This document shows positions 10,698-22,600 of a DNA stretch of 64,000 bases, one piece after another. This DNA comes from Oikopleura dioica (Eukaryota > Animalia > Chordata). A program made the position numbers and the translations under genes. The stretch spans positions 4,464,001-4,528,000 of the forward strand of contig OU015568.1 in NCBI GenBank assembly GCA_907165135.1, read 5' to 3'. The notes under the pieces are model-generated. The model saw only the letters and a list, made by a program, of their open reading frames with translations, was not told the DNA's origin and did no database searches. The first letter of the stretch is position 1. Every line of letters begins with the position of its first letter.

Positions 10698-13600
10698 ATG
10701 CCGGATCTGCGTGACCGTGGAGGAACACCAGATCAGCTGACGCCCAAAGATGATGATGACGAAGACGATGATGAACCAATTATTGAAAGCTGCTGCTTTT
10801 GCTGTAACCTCGGATTTGGAATTCTTTTTGGAGCGCTTTTCTTCTTGGTAAGTTTGGTTTTCAGGGTAGAATTTCAAGAACAGGTTTAAAAAAAGGCAAA
10901 AAAGGCAGGAAAGAATATCGTAGGGAGAGCCTTAAGTAAAAATAGAGTTCGAATGGGCAATTTTTGAATTGAGCCAATCAGAAGGCATTTACTAGCTCGG
11001 CAGCCAATAGTTGAAATAAACCTGCAAAAGAGAAAATGCATATCAAAAACAAACAAAAATGAGCAGTACAGGAAAACTAAAAATTGCCGAATCGTTTGAA
11101 CTGTATTTTCGAATTCCGGCTGTCTGCCTCGGAATCGGATGATTGTTCACTCAACGTGATGGATTATAACTTCGAGACGCGAGCCTTCCGACATGATTCT
11201 TCCGGCTCAGCGACGTACTAAACATTAACGCACTTACATCCTTCTTCAAATTTTTCCATCAACCGTCTTCTGACTAAGGGCCTCCTCTTCGGTCAAGTAC
11301 TACCACCAGAATCAACATTTACTTGTAAGGGTATTTCATTTTCTAAAAGAACTATCAAGGAAAGTTTACCTGGACTTAAGGATATTTCCTCTGAAAAAAT
11401 GATACAAAAGACAACTTAGTCTTAAGGGTACACCCTTAGAAAGAAACGTCTCTTTTGATCCCTTCATTTTTTAGCAAAATTGTGTCAAATAAAAGGGGTA
11501 CACCCTTAAGAATGAAGTCATACGCAATGAAAAAGTTTCCTTCGAAATCGCTGTGGATACCCTTAAGAAAAAATACTGAATTAGCCATTTTATGTTAGAT
11601 TGCGCCATATCTTGAGCAAAATATTTAACCCGTTAGGCATATCAGTACTTGAAAGTGTTCGCTGGGGCTTTTTTATCGCTTGTTTTAAAGAAGAATGTGT
11701 TCATAGAACCTTCGATAAGATACCCCCCCTAAACATACATCCTTAGCGATCACATCCTTTCTAAATAAAGATATATAAAATCCTGTTTCTAGCCGAGTCA
11801 AAAGTCGGCTCAATCAGTTTTGCGCAAAATTAAGTGGCTCATGTCTTGAGAGAGGGTACTTCCGTCATGTCAAATGAGAATGTCAAAATGTCTAACGTCA
11901 AAAATGTCCAATGTCCAATGTCACTCCAATCTGACAAGTATTCATGCTGCTATGATTTAACTTCAGATTTTTGGACAGAAATTGACCTTTTTAAAGAGAT
12001 ACAGGAATATCAAGAATATTGAAATATGCAGAGTTTATACAGTCTCCCTGCCTGTTGTTAAATTTATGCAGAAATTCGCTCTTACTTTTGCTTTTGTTTT
12101 TGCGAGGAACGGAAGGACCCACTCGAGTTGATTTCTTAAGGACTTGGATAACTGTTGCTTCGGCCCGGGCAAATGGGTACCTAGAAAGGATTTCTAAAAA
12201 AGGACGGGCTCTTTTATTGAACGATTATTACGAGGGGCTAATCCCGCTATTCTAGCTCTTTGAACAAATGACAATACCTTGCTAAGGAGAAATCAACTTA
12301 TCAGCTTATCATGTAATTTAATTAACGTTAAGTGAGAGACATTCGCAGCTGGTAAAATCTTGTTAACCCGAAGTTTTAGTGGCCTGTTATTATGAAAATT
12401 GGCGCTTAACCTTTTTTGTGACCGCAAATCGCGAATTGCGCGAAAAAAAAAAAGAACCGTATTGGCATGTTAATTCTTTTACCTGCACATTTTCAACGAG
12501 CAAATTCTTGTGCTGTTTTATACTTGCATAATCTTCGAGAGAGCCATTCCTTTTCCACGTTTTTTTTTATGGAGGATTACTTGATCACTTCCTCTTTCTC
12601 ATGAAAAAAGCTAGGGTCGGCAACCTGTGTAGGAATCCTGATAGCGGCTTTTAATAAAAAAAGAAGCCGTTTTGCTTCGCGAAAGTCCATTTTAAAGTCA
12701 AATTATCAAATCCTTTCTCTGAGATTTAGCCAACTTTTTATTGAGAAAATAGAAAACGGCTCTGGCAGATTAAGGATCTAGGAAAGATCTGCTTAAAGAC
12801 ATCAGAGAGTAAGCTCAAGCATTCATAAGTTCAGATTTATTCAAGGCCAAAATTTGGGAAATCGATAGTGGTACCCTTAACCTAAATTATTTGAGCATAT
12901 GTGTGGGTAGGGTTAATTTTGGTGGTTGATTCTAGCTCAATTCAACCGACAACGACAAAATAATCCGGTAATTTCTGCGGAAATGTTTGACGCGGAAACA
13001 TCAAATAGAATTTGTCATTTCTTAAATTTGGCTTTTAGAGAGTTTTTATATATTTCGGTTGAATGAGTTTTTTTTCTGAAAATTAAGGAATGGTTATTTT
13101 TGAAAGATTCTATATTTGAATCCTTCCGTTCACGTAATTTTGCGCGAATCTGGTCTATTTTGGAAGCGATAAGATCCAAAAATGAACATTTTTGCGGCCT
13201 CGAAAATAATGACTTCGCGAAAAAGTGGGTTCCAAAAAGATCAAACGTGGGACATTCCATCAGAAAGCAGTTAATGGCACCTCTTGGAGGAAGCGATGAA
13301 GATGAAAGAGGGCGAGTTTTTAGGAGCTGAGTGTTAGGGACTTTCGTGGAAAACGTTGCACAAAAAATCACGTTGTTTGAGATTATTCTTCTTTTAACGT
13401 AGAATTCTTCCAGCAGAAGGAGTCCTCCAGGCACTCGAGAAAACAAAATTTGCTCGCTTGGTGTCGCTTATTCGGGCTTTCGTTTTCAGGGAAATTATCA
13501 AAAATCATCGGTAATTTAAGAAACTGCACGGCAACCTCAACCTGAGTCAGGGCTGAGATATGTCAAATATAAAGCCGCCTAGCGGCTTCTCTAAAGACGA

Positions 13601-16600
13601 AGCCGCAAAGCGGCTTCGCAATATTATCTCTGAAATAAATAAACAGATTCTTACGAAGCCGCGATGCGGCTTTGTTTTGAAAAAGCCGCTACGCGGCTTT
13701 TCTATTGATATATTTAAGCCCTGACTCAGGTTTTAAAAGATGAACCTTTCAGGAACTTGAAAATTCTACGACTTCGGGTCTAATAAAATTCCTCGTCATT
13801 TCTGGAACATCTAACTTTTTTCTCTTTCATTTGCGTCATTTGATGTCGCCGACGACGATAAGCCGCGTGAATATATAACTCTAAGGGTTTTGACTAAGCT
13901 TGCGGTGGCGCGGTGCACCTGATTTGGCTCCAGCAGCCGGACTTTGATAAGGATAAATTCAATTTCGAGGGAATTTTCGACAGAGCTGGACACTCTCTTC
14001 TTTTTCAATCATTTTGAGGCGAAATTACGCGGTGCGGATTTACGTGGACTTCTTTAATGACGACTCGGATAAATTCTGGAGCGCTAGAAAATCGTTCAAT
14101 TGATGATGAAGTCATTATTATAGCATCAGATTTTTCATACAAACCTTGAAATAAGGGCGTCACTGTTTTATTGCGGCTTAAAATGAACTAAAATTGAAGG
14201 GTATAGACCTCGATTTCGCCGATTAAAGACCCGACCAAAATCGATGAGTATACCCTTAAGCCGCAAAAAGCGCGGCTTTTTATTCAGAAATATTTCTAGC
14301 CGCACGCGGCTTTTCTTTGCTCAATACATTTCTTTATTTAGTTGAACTTTTCATGATCAATAAATCAAGCCAAGAAAAGAAAATACGATCAGGGAGGCCC
14401 TTAAACTTTCTTGATCCATAGTTCTTTGTCTAATCGACATCTACAAATCTCATCTCAATCCCTCTGTCCCCCGTTGCGTAATCCCTTTTCTCGATCTGAT
14501 TTCGCCGTTCAAAATTTGGTGGAATTTTTTAACGCGAATTCTCGACCCTTGTATCTTATTCTGCTGAATCATCATTTCTTTCTTTTCTAGCGACTCAAGA
14601 ACTTCTCCCAAGAGAGAAAACTAGAGTACCTCTATTTTGCGGGTTACACGTTGACAAGTGCCACTTTTGACATGTAATCCATCATCCTCGCTTCTTTTCG
14701 GTGAGAAAGTGAGAAACTTTAGAACCACGGGGCGGGGACAGGGAAAATATTATAATTCGCTTTATCAGCCGTCAGCAAAACTGACAGAATGATAGAATCG
14801 AATTCAAATTGGAAAATTTTTCAAAAAAAATTTTTTTTATTTTTTCTTTTTTATCAATTATTTCTTATGAAATTAAAATTCCAAGCGTTAGTAACCCCAT
14901 GTTCTCCTTACCGGGCCGTTTCTTGTAAAATCATTAATTTCGAAAAAAATCCCCAAGCAACATCCCTCTCTCACGTTTTTGCCTATTTATGCTTGTCATT
15001 TTTGTTTTGACAAAATGCCTGGCGATTTTGATAACAAGCTCGAATTTGCATCAATTCAAACAAGCATACTTTCTCGCCCCTAACTGGCTAGTCGAGGTTT
15101 CTATATTATTTTGGTTACTATTGGACATTGTCTTAAGGGTGTCACGAGCAATTAAAAAATTTTCTCTAATTTAAATTTTGAAGAAAAGGGCGTTGGGCGA
15201 AATAAATGAGCTGAAGCTATTTTTGCAGCTGAATTTACCTTAACTAGTTGGCTTAGGATTAACCCGCTTGAGCAAAGATGGCGGAATAAAGGCGCGTCTA
15301 GCACAACGTGAATAGGTCAACGAAGGGTTAAACGTTTCGAATTTTGTAATTCATGGATTTAGACGGATTTCAAGCAAGAATTTCGCGCGACTTTTTGAAC
15401 TCCATGCGTCAATCTATCAAAATACTGACATCTTCAAATAAGAAAATATTGATTGTCTGATAGACAGTCTAAAAGACATTTTCGTTGAAAACTGAATCGT
15501 TCTATTCTTTCGGCGAGAAGCCGAATTTTGACGAATCACGGGGCAATTAGTCAAAAAGAAAAGCGCTCGTCTAAGTTTCTCTTTCTAAGTTGATTTCGCT
15601 AGTTTTCGCGGCTTTTTTAGTTGGGGTGGTCGTGTTTGGAAAGAACCGATTTTCGAATTGTGGCAAATTGAAAACGTTCCAATTCTCTGACGGCTGATGT
15701 GTGATTTCACGCGCTTCTTTTTCGCAACAGGAGCAAGTTTTTTTATGTATGCGCCTCGCGGGGGAACTTTTTCCCCGCGCCCCTTTTTGCAAATTTCTCG
15801 GCCAATTTTTGTCCAAATTAGAAAATTCAAAAAGAATAAGAATCTACGGCAGATTTTTTATCTGCTTGAGACATAAAAATGATATACTAGTATTTTTCAT
15901 CATCGAGTAAATCGTAAAAAACAGTAGAAAATGACCCTTTTTGTCTCGAGAACATGAAATTTGTCTAGAGAATCGAATGAACGCGCGTGAAGTTGGTGCG
16001 TTTTCGTCTCGAGAATTTGATAATTATTACATAACAGTCTCTAGCTCGACTAAAAAACAACAAAAATTGAGGATGTTCTGTCTCCGAGACTGTGATAACA
16101 CGAGAGTCAGCGCATTTTGCTCCGAAGAAGCGTAAAATAATGCATAACATTGTTCTAGATGGGCGGGTGAAAAAATTCCCCGCGAGCCGCACAGGGGGTG
16201 CTCTGACCGAGACGCATAGGTAGGGTAAATCACTAAGAATTCGACTTTTTCTGGGCTTATTAGGGTGGGCATATAATATAGTTTTAGAAAGCCCAGGAGC
16301 TGGGGATCATTTTGACTATTGAAACTGGGGTGCGATTTCGTACCCTGAGGGCATTAGGCCCCCGGAAGTCCCAAAATCTGGGTACTTTCGGAAATGGGAT
16401 TTTGAGGGCGAAACTAGCTCTTTCTGATGGAGTGGTTTCTACCAAATTGTAGCCCAGGTTCTGACGGTCATTTTGAGCCGTTCAAAAGTATGTCCCGGGG
16501 GTCTAGGAGGTGGTGGTGGTGGTGCAAAGTTGGGTTGAAGCCGGAAATCCGGCCAAAATGGACTCTTCTCAACACGATACCACTCAAATAACTACTGTTT

Positions 16601-19600
16601 ATGTACAAATTATCACTTCAGGTCACCTAAAGGTCAATTCGAGGTCACCGGGGTCCTTCGGGGTCAACTCAAAATTTCGAAGAAAAAGGCAATCTAGGAA
16701 AAATAGAGTTTTGGAACTTGACCCCGAATGACCTCAAGTGACCTCAACTTGACCACACTTGACTACTTATACATATACAGTAGTTGTTTGAGTGGTATCG
16801 TGTTGAGAAGAGTCCATTTTGGCTGGATTTCCGGCTTCAACCCAACTTTGCACCACCACCACCACCTCCTAGACCCCCGGGACATACTTTTGAACGGCTC
16901 AAAATGACCGTCAGAACCTGAGCTACAATTTGGTAGAAACCACTCCATCAGAAAAAGCTAGTTTCGCCCTCAAAAATCCCATTTCCGAGAGTACCCAGAT
17001 TTTGGAACTTCCGGGGGCCTAAATGCCCTCAGGGTACGAAATCGCACCCCAGTTTCAATAGTCAAAATGATCCCCAGCTCCTGGGCTTTCTAAAACTATA
17101 TTAAATGCCCACCCTACTAAACCCAGAAAAAGTCCAAATTATTAGTGATTTACCCTACGCATAGGGTTAATTAGCGATAAATGATTGATCAGAGTCTTTT
17201 ATCTATTAACCTTTTCAGTAATTAATGCAGGTGATGAGCTAATAGTTGTAAAATTTGATGAAAATACAGCTTTTATTAAGAAAATTGCTGCTGAAAATTA
17301 AGTGAGAAAAAACCAGAAAATGGTCGATTTTTCCCGACAACATATTCTGAAATCTGATTAGCTATCTGCTGAATACAAAGTTCTGGTTGGTCGAAAAGTT
17401 TGTAAAAGAAATTTGGTCGAAATCGTCTTATTTTTTCCGATACTTCCAAAAAATGACGATATCGATGTTTACACCCTTAATCTTACACAAGTAAAACCTG
17501 TAAAAGTTTAAGTCGAAAATAAAAATGATAGCGGCACTTTTCAAATAATTCTTTCGGTGAAGAATTCCTTGGATTTCAAGGTGTTGAGCTAATCCAAATT
17601 GGATTGAGCTGGTGGCTCATCATAAAGCCAAGATTATCGGTGATATTTTGACGCTCCTGAGAAAAGAATCAGAAGAGCACTGATTTTTTTAAAAGGTCAA
17701 TACGAAGAGTCTCAAGACTCTCTTGAAAAATTCAAGCGAGGAAAGAAGAATTGTTTGCTTTTGCATTTATTCGCTGCATATTCTTGCGAAAGTATTTCCG
17801 GACGAGCCCTCATTTTTTGGGAGAAGCTCTTGGAATATTGTTGGAGAAGGGGCTTTTCGAAATTCTTCTGAATTTTGAAATTAACCCGCAGTCGGAATGC
17901 GGCCTCGCAACTGCCCAAAGAGAGGTCGCAAGTTAAAAACGCATCATTCCGCGGGATCAGGATTTTACGCACGTTGTATTAATGCTTGCCCAGGCGGTTT
18001 TTATGCAAGATTTGGGAGTTTCACTAAAAAACATTAAAATGATTATTTTGAAAAATTAATCAAATAATTAATTAAATAATTATTTTTCTAATGAATATAA
18101 AAAAACAAATAAAGTAATGAAAAAAATTTTTTAAACTTAGGAATTTTATTCTTTAAATTATTAAAATAATTAATTTAAAAATAAAATAATTTATTTATAA
18201 TATTTTCTTTTATAACTTTTATTATTAAGATAATTACTGTTTAATTTATTTATAAAATAATTATTTTAAAAAATGAATAAAAAATGATTTTTATTCATCA
18301 TTTTTCATACAAATGAGAATTTATCTCCAACAAAATAAAAAATCCGCTGAATTGAACCAGAAGGCGAAATCCTTATCTATCTGTTTAAATTTCCTGGCTA
18401 CTTAGCTTCTTAAGAATCCCCCGAAAAAAACAAGCACTGATTTAATTAGCTTCTAAATCCTGGGCGCGTACGTTTTCGCAAAAATATTCGGCAGCGCTAA
18501 TTTGCGTTAGTTTGGTTTCTCACTAATTATCTCTTTACCAATCCGCTAGAATTCAAGCTCGGGCGACGATTAAGGGTCGAACCAACGATTTAAGCTCGTT
18601 AGGCGGCTGACTGGAGCGCCCAGCTAAGAGACGTTTTAAACGAAATTAAGGACTGGGAATCAAATTTGGGATAAACAACCATTTTGACGACTAAGAAAAA
18701 ATTTTAACCCGTCGACGCAAAAAGCCAATTTTCGATAAACTTTGAAAAAGCATGGAAATTCATGTTTTGAAACTTATGGATGAGATACCCTTAAGAATCT
18801 GCTCATAACTGAACTTGATTTGTGAGTCGATTTTGCATAGTGACACCCTTAATTTCTCCTTCAGACCATTAAGCTTGACATGAATAAGGGCAACGCTATC
18901 TTTTTGGTTTGAATTAAGGGTGTCACTATGTTAATTTTCATAAAGAAAATCAGAATTGTTGGATGAGAATTCCAATTTTTTTTCCCTGAGAGAGATTATT
19001 TATTTGAATTCTTCGAAGACAAAAGTTCCGTCATTGATGTTTACACCCTTAAAATCCTCCTGAATGCTTTCAATCGTGAATCACTCGATTGCGTATACCG
19101 GGATGCGGCAGACAACGTGAATTTTCAGATCTTTCGAGTGGTCCATTCTGCGTTGAGTACTCTCTCTCCCAAAAACCCTTTCTTATCAATTGGAAAAAAT
19201 TGATGCTGGGAAATTGAGCTGGAAGAGAATTCATGTTTGAATGAGTTGATAAGGACAGTTTGAAATATTCGTACATTTTAATTTGGTTCTCATACTTTTA
19301 AAATGAGCGATAACGAAAAAAATCTCAAGAGAATTGATTTGAACTCCGGAGATAGTTCTTCTTTCACTTTGAAATTTTTCCAGTAGGAGGGGTCCTCCAG
19401 GCAGGAACGAAAGAGAAATATGCTTGCTAGGTGTCGCTTATTCGGGCTTTAGTTTTCCGGGCAATCATCAAAAATCATCGGTAATTTTAATCTTAAATAT
19501 AAGATTCTTTATTATTATAATCTTTATGGTGTTCGATATCGATCTTCTAGAGATTTATTTTGTTATGTTTTTAGAACTGTTCCATGCTCTCTTTTTTTTT

Positions 19601-22600
19601 GTAAGAGCTCACGCGAGAACACCGCAAGTGTATGTTTAAAAATTTTGAAAATGATCAGCCCAGTAAATTTTTGACTGGCACGTAGAGTTTTTGCAGCTGC
19701 GAGGAGTACATCTAAATGATGATGACCGCGAGCAATTTATTTTGACGTGAGCGACTTTGACAGGTGCGAACTTCCGCGAGCTTGAGGAGATATTGATAGG
19801 GAAACTCGATGAAAAATGAGCTTTTTTCTGGGCTTAGTAGGGGGGACATGTAATACAGTTTCAGAAAGCCAAGAAGCTGGGGATCATTTTTACTATTTAC
19901 AGTAAGGGGTTTGACTCATGCCCTGGGGCGTTAAGGGACGTCTAAAGTCCCAAAATTGGGCAATCTCGGAAAAATGGCCACAACTTTTTTTCTGTCGAGC
20001 TTCAGAGAATGCAAGTACTTCCTACTTGTAGAGGAGGCTCTGACGATTCAGAATCAGTATAGAAACCCTTTGTCACCCCCCTATTTTAGGGGCTCTAGAA
20101 GCTCTAGAAGTTGAGGAAGTCATCCGAAAATCGGTACTTTTTAGGAAAATTGGGTAAAAGTTTAATTTTTGTCGGAAATCAACTAAGCCAAGTTAGAATC
20201 GACTTCACGCCGACAAAAATGCAGTTTAGGGTCATTTTGATACGCTTCGGACTTAATTTCGTCGAAATTCTAGTTTTTCTCATTTGATGACCCCAAGTGA
20301 CCGCGAATGACCCTAAACTGTATTTTTTCGGCGAGAAGTCGATTCTTACTTGGCTAAATCGATTTCCGACAAAAATTAAACTTTTACCCAATTTTCCTAA
20401 AAGTTCCGATTTTCGGATGACTTCCTCAACTTCTAGAGCTTCTAGAGCCCCTAAAATAGGGGGGTGACAAAGGGTTTCTATACTGATTCTGAATCGTCAG
20501 AGCCTCCTCTACAAGTAGGAAGTACTCGCATTTTCTGAAGCTCGACAGAAAAAAAGTTATGGCCATTTTTCCGAGATTGCCCAATTTTTGGGACTTTAGA
20601 CGTCCCTTAACGCCCCAGGGCATGAGTCAAACCCCTTACTGTAAATAGTAAAAATGATCCCCAGCTTCTGGGCTTTCTGAAACTGTATTATATGTCCCCC
20701 CTACTAAGCCCAGAAAAAAGCTCATTTTTCATCGAGTTTCCCTAGATATTGAACATCCGGAGTTGATATTGTAATATATACTTGGATGGGAAGCGCGGAG
20801 AAGGGAAAGTACAGTTATTAGCCAGGTGCGACGAGGATGGAATACGGTAGTTTTCCGCGTTGGAACGTGGTTAGAGATACTTTTCGGCGAGAAAGATCAT
20901 CCAAAGAGTATTAGAAATTGATTTCCTAGTAACGAAAATTTCTGGAAATTCAAGCCAAACACGGAATTATGATTGGTCTAAAATCTGACAAATATTTAGG
21001 GCGAAATTGTAGAAATATCGGTAATAATATGGTAGTTTCGCAATATTAGCCTTTTAATATATTTATTAGAATTGGAACAGCCGCTTCGCGGCTGCCTTTT
21101 AAAAAGCCGCTACGCGGCTTTTCATTGAAGCTTTTCAGAGCCGTACTCAGATTTTCATTGCAGGTTCCCAGGGCTACAATCCATTTCTTGTTCTAACAGC
21201 ATCACTTCTTGAAATCTGCTGATGGGTGCATTATCGTTATCTTCCCGGTTCTGATTTGTCTTTGTGCCATTTCCTGAAGCTGTCAAGAAGGGAGCTTTCA
21301 CGTTGATTGAAAACATGCGCGTAAGGATATAACTGGAATTTATTTTGAGAGTCGACAGAAGCCCGCCCGGTTTATTTTCGCAAAGGTGTCTCAATTGTTT
21401 GAGCTCATCCGTACTCGAGAATCAATCTCACAAGCGGGGCCAATTTGCATAACATTGGATAATCGACTTGTTCTAAGAAAAATATATTACATGGTTTTTT
21501 ATTAACCCGGGGTTGAAAAGAGCTTATTTGAATAAAACCTGGAAAAAAAGTTATTGAAAACATTAAGTCAAAAACAAGTCAAAAAGATCTTTTCCACAAC
21601 TTTCGACAAATCAGAAGCATGGATTCGGCTAACCGACCAATCAGAAGCCGAGTAGTTGCTCATGAAAAATTTGCCGAAATTTTTTGTCAGTTCCTGACGC
21701 CAACCCATTTTTTAGTCTTTCATTGGCGGATAGATCAAATACAGGCTTCTTATTGGTTGAAAATTTTCCTGAAATTTCATTGAAGAATTCTAGGGTTCAT
21801 GGCTTGAATGGACAAAATTCGATTTTTCTTGGTATTTTCTAGAAATCTGATTGGCCTAACGGTCGAATATAGAATCTGATTGGTCCAAAATCTGAACAAA
21901 CTTTTAGCAAATTTCAAACATGTTCGGATTTTTTCGATATTCTGATTTCGTCATTAATCCAGATTTCAATTTTTATCCAGGTCCTTTGAGTCGGTTGAGA
22001 AACCATTTATTTACAATCAATATAAACTTAGATGCGCCACCTCAGATCACGTTACTTTCAAAAACGTGACTTTTGCTTATGCAAGAAATTATGCTCATAA
22101 CTGGCCGTTACTAAGCCCTGCCGGTTTCAGTTTTTTTCTTCTCTCTTGTGCACCTTTTTAGAGCTCCTTTTTCGAGTGATTTGAAAAGTTCCAATTGAAA
22201 CTCGAAGCACTTGAGCTAGGAAAAAAGAGGGATGAAAAAAGAAAGCACTTGCGAGTAATGGTATTCAACACGAAAGGGACACTTGGAACAGAAACCGCAT
22301 TTTTGCTCCTAAAGAGTCAGAATTTCAAAGTTAAAAAAATTTTCGACTCGAAGCTGTTTTTTGACACTTTTTTTTCACCAAAACCAAAAATGGAAGTGCA
22401 TCATTGCCAATGATTCATTGGATGACCAATAAGATTGCTGTATTTGGCCGACCAGCCAATCAAAATCCTCATCCAGGAAATCACTCCTTTTTTCGCCTCT
22501 GAATCTTTTTCTTGGAAATCTTGGGTGAACGTAACAATCCCTTCCACACTGCTCTTCATCCCCTTTTCTTCGCTGCCTATCTTTACCGATTTCACAGGCT

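Noticed and set aside
15340-15430. HGFRR peptide resembling a tyrosine-recombinase box II
   Set aside because: Isolated five-residue match in a short frame, with no other catalytic residues.
21155-21394. ORF containing SINVKAPFL, similar to an SDR dehydrogenase motif
   Set aside because: No other SDR motifs (TGxxxGIG, YxxxK) and no splice context.
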